A stretch of DNA of 64,000 bases from Marsupella aquatica. Its lineage: Eukaryota; Plantae; Marchantiophyta. Every line of letters starts with the position of its first letter. Position 1 is the first letter of the stretch. Positions 46,539 to 59,900 of the stretch are shown here, piece by piece. The notes under the pieces are model-generated. The model did not search any database. It saw only the letters and a list, made by a program, of their open reading frames with translations, and had not been told where the DNA came from. The translations under genes were made by a program, and so were the position numbers. The stretch is taken from contig OZ316899.1 in assembly GCA_973895155.1 (NCBI GenBank), positions 9,112,287-9,176,286 of the forward strand. The letters are read 5' to 3'.

Positions 46539-49500
46539 ATGCCCACTACAAGGAGTCAAGCACTAAGAGAAGCCTCTCTTAGTTTCAACTTTGGTGACCA
46601 GTTGGAGCAACCAGATTGGGAGGACCTTCATTTGCAAGCTGAAGCAAAACCCAATGTAGGGTGGAGTGATACATCCTCTTCCACTACCGACACAAGTGAA
46701 GGGTTTAGGGTCATGGTGGTGACTCAAAGAGGCAAGATTTCAATACAAGACATTCCATGGCAAGCCCAAGGAGGATCCTAATGCTTGGTTGGAGGACTTC
46801 ATTGGGACAGCCCAAGCCAATGGAGAGTTTGATATTAAGTTGACCACTTTGGCGGGTGTCTTGAGAGGAGAAGCAAGACCTTGGTTCAACAGCCTATCAA
46901 ATGCCACCAAGAATGATTGGGATGCCTTCAAGCTAGCCTTCTTGCAGGAGTTTAGGAAGGTGGGAGAAGAATCCAAAGCTTTGATCAAGATGGGAGAGAT
47001 CGGAATGGGATCCAAGGAGTCAGTAAGGAGGTTTCTACAAAGGTTTCAAAGGTTAGCTACCAAGCTTGACTCTAGACCAGTAGACTCCATGTTGTTGGCA
47101 TGGTTTGTGGCAAGCCTACCCAAGAAGATGGGTGTCTCAGTAAGACAATCCCACCCTAATACTTTGGAGGAGGCCATTGAGGCAGCACAGTCTTATTGGA
47201 GTGCTGAGATCTCTAGTTCCAAGAGTAGGAGAAAGAAGAAGCAATTTGCCCATAGTGATTCTTCTTCTAGCTCAAGTGACTCAAGTAGTTCAATTGAAGA
47301 TACTTCTGATTCAGAATCTGAGGAGAGTAGTTCTAGTTCAAAATCAGAAACTGATTTTGAAGAGGACTCTGAGAAGAAGAAGAAAAAGAAAAAGGCAAAG
47401 AAAAACAGCGACCAGAAGAGGAGAGCCAGCAAGAAGAAGCCAGGTGGTAAGCACCACAAATCTGCAACCTTCAACGTGGTGGAAGGCTCTACACCAACAA
47501 GCAAGGAGAAGAAGGTGATGGACAACAATTTGAGTGAGATCACCACCCAACTCAAGGCCCTATCAGTTCACTTTGCTGGTATGCAACCTGATAGGAGGAA
47601 GGTGCCGGTGAATAGAGCCCATGTATGGTGTGTCAAGTGCAAAAGTTTTGGCCATACACCTCAGGAGTGCCAAGGTTGGAGGAATCAAGTTCAGTATGTC
47701 AATGAAGAGCCCAATGAAGTTTATCAAGCAAGTGAAGTGGTGGACTACTTCTATGAAGAAGCCCCAAAGATGGTGTACCAGATTTTGGGAGGCCCAAGAA
47801 CTTTGCAAGAAAGACCAGCTCCACCCATGGCACCTCAACTTATGTCTGGTCTTCAACCAAGAATGGTGGATCAAATGGGACCTCAAGGACCTGGGGTAGT
47901 GGCAAGAACTACCGTGGTGATCTGCTGGAATTGTCAAAAACCAGGGCACTATTCCAATAGTTGCCCTGAACCAAGGAGACAAGGACAAGGAACTCCCTAT
48001 CCTCTTTGTGCTGTTTGCAAAAGAGAGGGTCATACCACAGCCAACTGTCCTATTGGATCAGCTGCCAAGATGATGATAGAAAGGGTGGAAGCTCCTCAAC
48101 CAGTGGTTGCCAAAGCTCGTAGTGAAGCCACAGTGAACTTATTGAGTATGGAATGGCAAGAGGAGACCAAAGATGGAGTGACACAAGTTGCTGGTGGGGA
48201 GTACCAGCCAGATCTACCAGGAATGGAGGCACCTGAGGAGGAAGCTGTGTGTTACAAGGTGTCTACCAGGTCCACAAGAAAGAAGGAAAGAGTAGAAGAG
48301 AGGAAGAAGAGGAAGGAAGAAGAGAGGAAGAGAGGAAGAAGAGGAAAGAAAGGAGCACTCAGTAGAGTCACCAACCAAAGTTGAAGTTGGAGCAGAAGTT
48401 CAAGTCCCACCAGCTGAAGATAGTGACTACAAGAGGGATCATCCAAAGCTCTTCTATCCCAAGGTGAATGAGGAAGTCAAGAGGCAACTAGAGGAGATGG
48501 AGGCTAAGGAGCATCAAGAGGCCATCAACAAAGACCTGAAGGTTGCTAAAGCTTTGAAGGAAGAAGCTGAGGTGGAAGAGAAGAAGGAGACCAACAAGGT
48601 ACCCTCTTATGACATCAAGAAGGATGTGAAAGATTGTTTGGTTACTGCTACAATGGGGCAGCTGATCAAAGACAACCCTTTGTATAGGAGGCAACTGAAG
48701 GAGATGTTGGTAGGAAGGAGAAGGAGGAAGCTTCCAAAGGTTGGGACCCCAGCTGATGTGATGATGGTTTGTGAAGACCTTGGAGCACCTGAGATTGATG
48801 TTCAAGTGAATGGGTGTGTACTCTCGTATGTACCAGTTGATGGAGGCTCAGGTTTGAATATCATGATTGAGGCTACTGCCCAACAACTAGGTTTTAAGAA
48901 ACTTCAGCCAACAGCAAGGACAATGAGACTAGAAAATGGAGCAAGAGTGCTACTGGTGGGGACTCTCACTCAAGTACCTACTCTCATTGGGGGGCAGGAG
49001 TTCTTGTTGAATTACTTGGTGATGAGACCAGCAAGGCCCTCTACTTACCCAATCTTGATTGGAAGGCCTTGGTTGTATGGAGCCCAAGTGGTAACTGATT
49101 GGGGCAAGAAGGAGTTTAGATTTGGCAAACCTGCCACTTCAGTTTCATGAGGTCATGACAAGCATCAAGGAGAGACTACTGATGAGTTGGATGAATATGA
49201 TTCTGAACTTTCCGATGAGTCGAGTGCCAAATTTGCATCTGATGAGGATGAGGTATACATGTTGAACACGGTGAGCCAATGGACTGAAGAAGAAGTGTTT
49301 GGAGAGGAGCAAGAGCAGGAGGCTCTTCCCAACCATTCACCTCTGCCCAATATCAGTGAAGTGAACAGTCTAGAGGAGGTGAAGCCGGCTGCCACCTCAT
49401 CCAAGGAGAACAACAAAGAAGGCACTATCATAGTGGCTCAAGAGGCTGATCAGACCAGCAAGGGTGCTACCCAAGTTGAGATCAAGAAGGGGACTCATGA

Positions 49501-50929
49501 CCAGAGGGTGAAGGCTAAACACCTGGCATTGTTGAAGCTCAAGATAAAGGAGCTGGAGGACCAATTGGAGGCTGCAAACTTAGAGGAGGATGAGACTCAG
49601 GAAGACCAACATTCAAGTAAGGAGAAGGAGGAGTTAAGTGCTGAAAATGCACCAGTCTATGGAGGCATGAGATTGGCACAACTTGAAGACACTTTTGACT
49701 CCACAATGAGGAACAAGATGGAGGTGATTTGAGCTGAGCAGTACATAACCATCTCTGTCCAGCAAGACAAGACCTTCAACTTGGGAAATGCCTTGGGATC
49801 AGGTGAAGAGAAAACTATCCAAGATTTGCTAGGTGAATATGTGGATGTGTTTGCTTGGAGTCATTTGGATCTTACTGGTGTAAACCCTGAACTTGGTGAG
49901 CATAGAATTGACTTGATGCTAGGAGCTTCACCTGTGAGACAAAGACAATATAGGATGAATCCCAAGTACTCCTTGATGGTGAAAGAAGAGATAGACAAAT
50001 TGTTGGAAGCAGGTTTCATCTATCCTGTGTTGAATAGTGAGTGGGTTTCCCCAATTGTCATTGTACCAAAGAAACCAGGCTTGGATGATAAGCCTAAGAT
50101 CCGAGTTTGCCAAGACTTTAGGAAACTCAATGAGGCCACTAAGAAGGACCACTATCCCATTCCATTTACTGATATGGTACTTGACTTAGTAGCTGGTTGG
50201 GAAGTGTATAGCTTCCTAGATGGGTACTCAGGTTACAACCAGATTTGGATAAGGAAGGAGGACCAGTTGAAGACAGCCTTTACTACTGAGTGGGGGATTT
50301 ATGCCTTTTGGAGGATGCCTTTTGGTCTTTGTAATGCCCCTGGTATGTTCCAAAGGTTGATGATGAATATCTTTCATGACTACTTGAGAAAGTTCTTGGA
50401 AGTATTCATAGATGACTTTGCTGTTTTTGGAAGGAGGAAGGACCATGTTGAACATTTGAGGATGACCTTCCAAAGATGTAGGGAAGTTGGTTTGAAGCTT
50501 CACCCAGGGAAGTGCTTCTTTGGTGTGGAAGAAGGGATACCACTTGGTCACAAGGTATCCAAGAAAGGCATCGAGGTGGATCAAGAAAAGGTGGCTGTTT
50601 GGATGGCTGTCCAACTTTCAGTAACAGAGTTGAGGGGATTCTTGGGATGTTTAAACTACTATAGAAGGTTCATTAAGGACTTTGCTAAAGTAGCTTTACA
50701 CCTAACCAGCATGCTTAAGAAGGGGGCTGAGGTCGAACCCTCAGTTGAGAGGCTAGCAAGTTTCCAGGAGTTGAAGAACAGGTTGGTTGAAGCTCCTATC
50801 TTGATAGCACCTGATTGGAGTAGAGAATTCCATGTGTATGTGGATGTGTCTGGTTTTTGTATTGGTGTGGTGCTCAGTCAACTTGATGACCAGAATAAGG
50901 ATCACCCTATCTATTTTGCAAGTAGACTT
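46539..50929 (+). pseudogene. gag (three CCHC knuckles), protease, RT and partial RNase H
   Basis: MPTTRSQA, GEARPWF, CWNCQKPGHYSNSC, VDGGSGLNIM, WVSPIVIVPKK, LDGYSGYNQI, FIDDF and HPIYFASR. Confidence 0.92.
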
Positions 50930-51686
50930 CACTACAACACTATGGCCCTCTATTGCGAACCGGAATCCATCGCAAACAATAAAGGGACACAAAAAATAAA
51001 ATTGTCACTTGCGAACCAAACCACATCGCACTTTCCCATGCCAAGTCCTTTGCAAATGGACCTTTGCAACTACATCGCAACTTTTGAAGCTAGTGCTTTC
51101 ACAAAACAAGCGGAACATTGCAATTCCCAAATCTTCCCAAAAAATGCCATTTCGCCACCATCGCCCACGTTGTGACGCAAATACGCTCGGCGTTTTTTCA
51201 AAGCAACATTGCTCGCGAGTTTGCGAGCAACTTTGTCTTGCAAAGTTGCGATATTGTATGGCTTTTAAATTTGCGATTAGTATTGAATCGCTTCACTGTG
51301 AATCTGGGACAATCTCAAGATTTGCAATTGTTAAACTATCGCAATATTTGCAACATGTCTGTGGACGCCTGTTTTGCGATGAAAATATTCTCTGAAGTTG
51401 CGAAGGGATGAGTGTCGCAATTGGTTCGCAAAAATGGGGAATCTTTGAAATTGGTTTGTAATTCCAGTTTAGGGTTCAGGCTTAGGGTATGAATGGAATA
51501 GGCCTTGTATGGAAGGCAGAATGGAAGGCAGAACCCGGAATCCGGAATAGATATGAAATTAATCAAAATGTGCAAAATTTACCTAATGTAAAGGTGCTAA
51601 CCCTTACCAAAGGGGCATGTCAAATGCCTGGAACATATAAACCCTAACTAAGGGTCTAAACCACTAAAACCTGCCACCTAAATCCT

Positions 51687-53930
51687 CTAGAAAGGGGACT
51701 TCCTTCCCCTGCTTGCCTTCTTCCCCTTGGCCTTGTCCTTCTCTTTCTCCTTGCCCTTGCCCTTGCGGGTTTGTGCAGGGTGCGGTGGGACCTCCTCCTC
51801 TTCCTGGTCATCCTCCTGGTCCGCTTCCTCATCCCCCTCCTCATCTCCATCCTCCTCCTCTTGGGCTGCTGCACTACCGGAACCACTACCCCGGGCTGAT
51901 GCAAAAGACTGGTCTCCAGTGCTAGTGGGCCCGGCACGACTACCAGGAGCAGTGCTCACATCCTCCTTGTCGCTACTAGCAGTGTCACCCTCCTTGTTAG
52001 AGGTACTATCCCCCTCTGGTGCCTGCTTCCACACAAACCAAAGGGTACCAATTAGTGGCTTGCCTTTAACCTTAAAAATGTCTTCACAATAATCTGTATC
52101 ATGAATGCCAAGGGTCCAGAAATGTAAAAAGGCTCACCAACAACTCGTCAACTTGCCGAAATAGAGTCTCCTTTCCATGCTTCTGTTGGGGTGATCTTCC
52201 TCCTGTACTTCTTGTACTATGCATCATCAACACCCGCAAAAAACACCCGCAAAAAGAAGAGGAACAGCAAGGCATTAGGCCACATTAAACCTCAAATCAT
52301 GTAGGTAGGAAATGTTGGGGTGGGTTTAGGAGGGTTATGGTGGGGGCCAAGGTGTTGGGGCCTTAAGGGCCTTAAGGGCCAAAACTTAACATTAAAAAAA
52401 AGACCGTTTTTGAATTTGCGAACCCCATACCTTTGCAAAAAGCAGCATGATTAGGTTTGCGAAGCTGGTTGCGATGCGCGTTGCTTCACAAGTGCTTTGC
52501 AAAATCTCCCCGACAAATATTAATAATAGTGTTTCCAAACATGTTGCGAAGCAACACGCATCGCAAAAGCTTTGCAAACTCTGTTATGACCAAAAACTGT
52601 GTCCAACCCGAGTGTGCATGACCTAAAACGACTTGTAAGGTTCAACAATAACTACTTACTAGCACAAGGGAAACAATCGGGTGCCATTGCAAATGTCTTG
52701 AAACAAGAATTGGAGAAGGAAGGAGTGAAGGGAGGAGAGGGAGGCACTCACGAATGCTGCCTTGAGGCCGGGGAGGCCACCTTGACCGAGCCTGTGGGTT
52801 ATGTTGGGCTTCTCCTGGATGCGCTCAACTGCCTTGAGGAATTTCTTGGGCGGATCGCCAACATCTGCCACAACCTGTTGGAGTTGGGCCACCTTTTGCT
52901 CCATAGATTCAGGTCACGGTCAGACTTCCCGGCCTCTCTCGCCTTCTAGGGCTTTGCCAGCTTCTCAATGAATTCCTTGAGGAGCCTGGCTGCTTTGAGC
53001 TTCACCTCAGTCTGGTAGAAGGCGTTCCAGACATCCTCAGAGAATTGCAGCGGCCGCTGCAGATTTTTGTACTCCTCCAAGTCTCTTAGGTGAGCTCTGA
53101 TCTTCTTCCTATCGTGGTATCTTGCTTGGGACATAGAATTGCCAATTTTGTCTGCAAGCCACTGTGAGTCAATCTCTCCTCTGTTTTGAAATGCATCCTT
53201 CACTTGATTCATGACTCGCCTCTGCTCTGCCTTTGAAACACTGCCCCACTCAACCCCTCGAGCAAAATTGGTTGACACAATGTGCCTGATTGTGCTCTTT
53301 GCCCCGAGATAAGCCAGCTCTGTTGGAATTCCTTCTTCTTCTAGAGTAATCAGGGGCAGCTTCTTCCTGGCCTCCTCATTCTTTCTCTGCTCTTCCCTCT
53401 GCTTCCTGATCAGGTCTCGCTCTTCCTTCCTTCTCTTCTTTTCCAGGGCATGAGGGGAGAGGACGTCGGCCTTTGCCCTCTCATCTCTCTTCCTCTTCTT
53501 CTCAATAGACTTATGCTCTGCTGCCTTCTTCTCCTCCTCATCCCTTGCTGCGTGCCCTGCAGTCATGCCAAATTGCAATGCCTGGCCTAAAATTGCACTC
53601 AATGATCCCAGCCCTGCTGGTGTGGTCAAATCCAGTTTGCTCAATTGTGCCACGGAAAAGTGCTTGTCCACCATCTTCTGCAGTCGGTCCTCCCCCCCCT
53701 CTGTTACCCCCATTGCTACCAGAAGCTCCATCACCTCCAGCACTACCTCCTTTGCTCGCCATCGCTCTGCCCGCACCCTAACCTTTGCTCTTCCAATGAA
53801 AAAATGCACTCTCCCGGCCCCTCCGCGCTCGGGATTCATAAGGGTCAATGGAGATAGGGTTTGCGCAACTCTACGCATCTCAACTTGCGATGTAGAACCT
53901 TTCGCAAAAAGCATTGCAAACGCCTCCATC
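51687..53930 (-). pseudogene. CACTA accessory (TnpA-like) gene, multi-exon, divergent from the transposase
   Basis: EWGSVSKAEQRRVMNQVKDAF...RPLQFSEDVWNAF, with an acidic/basic tail at 51687-52034. The start and exon structure are approximate. Confidence 0.5.
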
Positions 53931-55358
53931 TGCGAAGTTATTTTCTTCGCAATGAGGTTTCCGCATGAGATTGCGAAGATGTATTTCTCGCACCCATCAC
54001 GTGTGAATTTGAATTTTGAATTAAGGTGGGGGGTATACTTAAGCGGATGTATAAGTGATAAGACTAATAAGCTAAGGTTGGAGGGATATGAACGATGGTG
54101 TATCCTATTGTTGTTTGAGATTATGGCCAATTTAGGAGAGATAAATGATTTGGGTTTGTTTGAATTAAGGGTCTGATGGTAATTTTGGAGGATGAAACCT
54201 TGGCTTTGGCATTGGGTACTAACATATGGTAAGAGAGGTTTGGCACGTGAAGTTTTGGTCATTTAGGAGGGTAAGAGGGGTTTTGGCATTTGCTCTTTAC
54301 AAGAACATAGGAGGGCTTAAGTGGTGAGGGTTTAGGGTCAGATTATGTTAATTTAGGAGGGTAAGACCCTCGGCTTTGGCATTTAGGGTTTATGGTAACT
54401 TATGAGGGTAAGAGAGGGTTGGTGTTTGGATGTTATGCTAACATAGGAGGGGAACATAATATATATAAGATGCAGGGTGACCATTGCTTTGGTGGATTTT
54501 GACAAATGCATAGGCATTGTGAGAGCTTGGGCATCTGAAAGGTACAAGGTGTATGTATTGGTGTGGTTTTGTTTTTCATTGGACACATATATTTTGGCAA
54601 ATATATATATATATATATATTTTGGCAAATATATATATATATATTTTTAGGGGCCCACAACTTGGGGTAAAAGAAGCATTGCAACTTGAGTTGCATACAG
54701 TTTTTCCCTCCTACTCTTAGATATGGTTTTTTGAACCATAAGACTATTAGGCACTATTGAGCCCAAGCTCCATAGAGGTATTTTCCATACTTCATTTGAG
54801 GTTTACAATTTTTAGGGTTTTCCAAGGGTCTAAAGTGGTTCTCTTCTAGAGTTGTTGAAGGGAGGGAATTGAATGAGTTTTTCTCTGTTTGGGTTTATCC
54901 TAACAAATGAGGAAAAAAATATATGCTTACATGATACATTGCAGGCCATCAATACCTCCTCAACTTTTGAGTAATGTCAATGCATATGCATTGTGGGAGC
55001 CCAGGCATCTGCAAGGTAAAAATATATACTTTGTAGGGTTTTTAACGTGTGACCTCTTTTTTTGCATGTACATGTATATATTTGGGGACCAACAACTTGG
55101 AACAAGTTAGCTAATGATTGTTTTAATGCACGTTATATCTGTAGTTTTTCTTCCTACTTCCAGATTCGGCTTATTTTCCTTGAGCCACATGACCTATAGG
55201 CACTGCTGAGCCCGGGTCCCATACAGGTCTTTTCTATGTACTTGAAACTTATTTTTGGACCTCATTTTTGGAATGGTTGAGTGGCTTCAATTGTTACCTA
55301 GAAGGTTGCTAGTTGGCCTATATTATGCTAATCATGTTGTACCCTAAATTTTGCAGTG

Positions 55359-55592
55359 GATATGTCTTCCTCCTCAGAACTTTCCAGCAGTGACTTCTCC
55401 TCCTCTGATGAGGATATACCACCTCCTCTTGAACCTGAGGTTACCGGTCCTCCTCGTGGTCCACCCCGACAACTCTGTCAATGCACCAGATGTGTGGGCC
55501 AAATTTCTCAAAAATCTTATGTATGTGCTCAACATATTGAGAGATATGGCCGTCATAGAGGTCTTACTCCGGGGGCTTCTTCATCCCATATG
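55359..55592 (+). CDS. First coding exon of the CACTA transposase (transposase-associated Zn motif)
   Basis: LCQCTRC...CAQHIERYG and a phase-0 donor ATG|GTGAGT at 55593. Confidence 0.65.
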
Positions 55593-55690
55593 GTGAGTGT
55601 GTAACAATGCTTTGCCATTTTCTCCTCATATTCTTACAAGTGAACCAATGTTTACACCTATGGTTGTTTGTGGGTTTTTGGATGAAATAG

Positions 55691-56521
55691 GGATCCAACA
55701 TGCGTAGAGTGGTGACACCACCACCCTATGTCCCATCACAAGGGGTTCTAGATGCTATAGGAAATGCACTTTCACAAGTCTTGGGTGTAGGGATGAGCAC
55801 CATTCATGGGGAAGAAGAGGAACAACCTCAGGTGCCTAGTGGGACACGAAGACCGCGGTCCAGGCCCGAGTCCAGGAGGAGGCCACGAGCGCCCACTGAC
55901 CCATCCAGAACACTTGTTGAGGGTAGGTGGGGTATATGTGAGTTCACTGGCAAGTGTGCTTCTATCATCAAGATGTGGGATGCCTCGACTCTTGGCTTGC
56001 CATATTTCATCGGTTTTGATGAGGAGGTTGTGGTTTGGGGTAGACGTTGGGTTGTGAAGGCTTCGACGCTTGGAGAGAGACATGGCTATGGGGTTTTTGC
56101 TTGTGAGGACATCATTGTGGATGATGTGAGTGGGTCAAGTGTTCATGGTAGAGAGGGTCCTACTTTGTTCCCATACGGTGGACCCATCTACAAGAGAAGA
56201 CACTGGAACATGATCCTTGCACAACATCCTGAGTGGAAAACATATGCCTTAGAGATGGATACTTTTGATGGTAGCACTAGAAGGTATAGTGAACAGCGAG
56301 TGATAGACGGTGACCCCATACGTAATGGGAATATTGTTGGCTTCATAAATAGTACCGTGGGGACTCGGCCCAAGCGTAGGGCCAATTGTGAGTGGGTTTT
56401 TACTGATGGTCCAATGTCGGCACCATATGGTGAGAGATATCATAAGGACCATTGCTTAGTTCTTGCTACTAGGACCATTAGAGCTGGCGACAAGTTATTC
56501 ACACACTATGAGTGGGATTAG
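55691..56521 (+). CDS. SET-domain protein exon carried by the CACTA element
   Basis: VVKASTL..HGYGVFACEDI, FPYGG, YALEM, IDGDP..GNIVGFINS..ANCEW and VLATRTIRAGDKLFTHY. Uninterrupted ORF. Confidence 0.85.
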   Translation, partial: GSNMRRVVTPPPYVPSQGVLDAIGNALSQVLGVGMSTIHGEEEEQPQVPSGTRRPRSRPESRRRPRAPTDPSRTLVEGRWGICEFTGKCASIIKMWDASTLGLPYFIGFDEEVVVWGRRWVVKASTLGERHGYGVFACEDIIVDDVSGSSVHGREGPTLFPYGGPIYKRRHWNMILAQHPEWKTYALEMDTFDGSTRRYSEQRVIDGDPIRNGNIVGFINSTVGTRPKRRANCEWVFTDGPMSAPYGERYHKDHCLVLATRTIRAGDKLFTHYEWD

Positions 56522-56952
56522 GCTGCCATGTCATCACCTTTGCCATATTTTGTACTAGAGACTTACCTTTATGTATATGGCCTTGGCCTCATTTTGGAGT
56601 AATACATTTAGGCCTCATTTTGGAGCGATACATAATTTACTTTGTATTATTTATGTTTATGCAAATGTTTTTACCTTAAGTTACATAATTTTTTGTTAGT
56701 ATGTATTACTTTACCTGGTAAATCATACATGAAGAGGATTTTTGGTTGTATTGTCCATAGAATGTGCAACCCTCTCAACAAATGTTACCACGAAGGTTGA
56801 GGGCAGCATATCGGGAGATGGGTATGCCAGCAGAAGGCGAACCAAGATGTTGATTCCTTGTCAAGTAATAATCCAAGTGATGCTGATGAGGAAGAGACAC
56901 CCCGAACTGATGACCAGGTCATGCATGACCAAGACAGAGCCATGGATGACTT

Positions 56953-59900
56953 TGTGATGCCTAACCAGGAATCACTAGGCCGGTTAAGTGGGAAAATGGA
57001 AGTGTACCCTAGAAATACCTTAGTATAGTTACAAGAATGAGGAAAATATAAACAATTAAGGGTGACTATGGAACCCAAGCCAAGGCCGGAAGTAAGGACG
57101 CCGGGGGAGAGAATACGATTAGGGTTAGGGCGCACTAAGTGTCGGCGGCTAGGGGTAACCAATGATAGGGAAGACCAGAGGAGGAGAGGGGTAAGGACAA
57201 CTCGCGAGGAATGGTGGCTCATTTGCAAGCACAAATTGGGCAGACGACTACGGGAGGCCAACTACTGTCAGCTGCTTAGACAAGCACTCTGGGCGGGAGC
57301 AGATACGAACGAACGACTCAAGGAGGGTATGGGCAACATCAATCAAGCGGCACATTTTTGGGGATGCCTGTTCGAACGGGCAACTGAGTACATTGGGACT
57401 TACGAGGACAAAGAATTGGAGAGAGCAGCTCGAGAATAGCAGGAGCTCGCTCGACTATGGGAGCTGCAGAAATCTGCCTTCTTAGGAGGAGAATTCATCA
57501 AGGCCGAGTTCTTGTGGACTCCTACTGCCAATCAGCTTGACGACCTTCTGTTTTGCGAAAACAGGATCATCGGCATTCGGGAAGCCATCAACCGCTGCAA
57601 CGACATACACTGGGAGTTGAAGGGTAGCACGGAGGGGTGGACAAAGGCAACCGTGCTAGGAGAAACATCCACGGCAGCCGAGATGAAGAGGAAAGGAAAC
57701 AACAACAAAGAGGCCACCCCGGCAAAAAGAACAAGGTCGGCGGCACCAAGGAAGCCAGCAGAGCAGGAGGCAGGCGGAAGCCAAAGAGGAGGAGGTCAAT
57801 CCCATCAATGCCATTCCAACAAAGGATGACACCTGGAAAGGCTGGGCAGCGACCCTACTAGAAGAAGTGCAACTGCATTTTGCACGGGAGGAGGATGCAT
57901 GCTTTACGGCCATGCAGACCAAGAAGTACCAGGGCTTCATGGCCGGATCCGGCTTGGAAGCCTTCGTAAAATTACCATGGTTGAAGCCGGAGGTGCCGGA
58001 TTCAGACTTATTAGAATTCATGGGATCATGGGAGCCCGAGACCAATTCCACAAGGGTGTATGGGAAGGATTTCTATCTCACTCCCCGGGTGATTGCCAAA
58101 GTGTTTGGCTTGCCGATGGGCAATAAGACCAAAGTAGATACCAGGAAGACCTTGCCAGACAAGGAGTTCCGGTCGTTTCCAGGGCCATCGACAAAGAATG
58201 GCTTCTTTCAAAACACCTGCACCAACCCACACATAGGAGAAATGATCGATTTCTTGTGGGTGACCATGCATTGTAACTTGCCGAGGGCAGAGATTGGCAA
58301 GGCATAGGTCTATCTGGCGGAGAGGCCAGACCCAAGCCGAGACTACAACGGGTACCTCCTCACCCAACTAAAGAAGATCTTGAAGGAGGAACAGCTGGTG
58401 ATCGGCATGGGAAGCGTGTCCCGGCTTGGCTATCACATGCCGCTGTTGTGCCGGTATGCCAGAAGTCAGATCTTTGCCCCAGTACTTCCCCTACAGGCGA
58501 GGGCACTAGAGGAAGTCCCGGAGCAGAGGCCGGCAACAGAGGAGCCCAACCAGCCCGCCAGTCCTATGATCGAGCAGATGTTTTGGCCAAGAAAATAAGA
58601 CTTGCCGATGCAACAATCAGGCATGTAGAATCTGTTGAAATTGCTGGAAAAGGAGAAGAGAACGGCACCGGCAATGGCACCGGCACCAGTACAGGACACT
58701 GCCCCAGAGGTCGGCCTAAGCCGACTCAGGAGGGAAATACTGGAGCCAAGGTGAGAAGGAGGCCAGAACACGAGCCGGGAGTTTGAATGTATGTGGGAGC
58801 CTCCAGCCCCGAATCGGAGGCAGAACAGCCTAAGGCTCCTGCCCGCGGAAAGCAGAGGGAGAAGACAGCCTGGAAACCAGAGGAGGAACCAGGGCCCGTG
58901 ATCTATGAGGCCGTTTTTACGGCGGGACTAGGAGAATAGAGGGGGAAGCCGGGAGTCTAAGCAGTGGAGGAGGCGGTGGAGGACTACAGTAATGATAACT
59001 CCGGCTATGGGTTGGATCATCATGTACCAGGAGTAAGAACCTGTGGCCGCTTTATCCCCACGCTTCCAAGAGTAGTTTGAGGGGATCCCACCCAACAGAG
59101 CAGCCCCAAGTTCCCCCCACCAGATGTCGCTCCCCCGAGCTTTGACGGCATAAAGCAGACGGCACAAGAGTTTCAAGAGCGACTCAGAGAGGAAGAGAAG
59201 GCAGCCTTGGCTAGGGAGAAAGATTTACCAGGAGGAGATTGGCCGGAGGACATCAGGCGGCTTGCCAAAAAAGAAGCAACCCTCTTGCCACCATAGAAGA
59301 AATCCGCAGGGCGGCTTGGGAACAAAGGCCAAGGTGGTTGATGCCGATGACTTCTACTTACTCCACCTATGCTAAAGATAGAGCCATGGAGTACGGGGAG
59401 ATGTGTGGGGAACTTGCGCTCAGCATCTTTGGGGAGGAGTTGGAGCAGGGACCCTTTTCCAGAGGGAGATATTGGAGAAGCACCAATTAGAAGAAGCGAT
59501 GGCTTTGGAGAGAAGCAAGAACGACGAGGTCATCCGACAGCTTAGGGAGATGGAAGCCAAGGTGGAAGACCTAAAGGCGGCCAAGAAAACCCAAGATGAG
59601 CTACGGATTAAACGGCATGAGCTAAACATCATGCGGGGGCAGTTGGATACCGCGCAGTCTGATAATCAGATTATCAAGGATAAATTGACTCAGACCCAAG
59701 GAGAGTTGGCCGACGCAATCAAAGATAGGGAGAAGTGGAAGCAAGAGCTGAGAGACGCAGAGGAGGCCCACATAGCAGCCAACAACCGGGCCATGACGGA
59801 GACTCAGAGAAGGGAGAGGGCGTTGAGCAGAAGGAGGCCGAGTTAGGGAAATCCTATCAGGCGATTATCGTGCTGTGGTAGGAGCTCGCATCCATGACGG

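Larger units (their letters stand above)
41939..50929 (+). mobile_element. Athila/Tat-related (non-chromovirus) Gypsy element: 5' LTR 41939-46394, PBS, gag-pol, cut by CACTA
   Basis: The LTR starts (c)GTCAA and ends TTTGACA, followed by a PBS, gag and pol. The left boundary is inferred. Confidence 0.8.

Noticed and set aside
50930-51175. Novel C-terminal extension of RT/RNase H in ORF 49781-51175
   Set aside because: It is read-through into the CACTA terminus.
51465-54650. Telomere-like TTAGGG motifs and (AT)n tracts
   Set aside because: Isolated motifs and simple microsatellites, not arrays.
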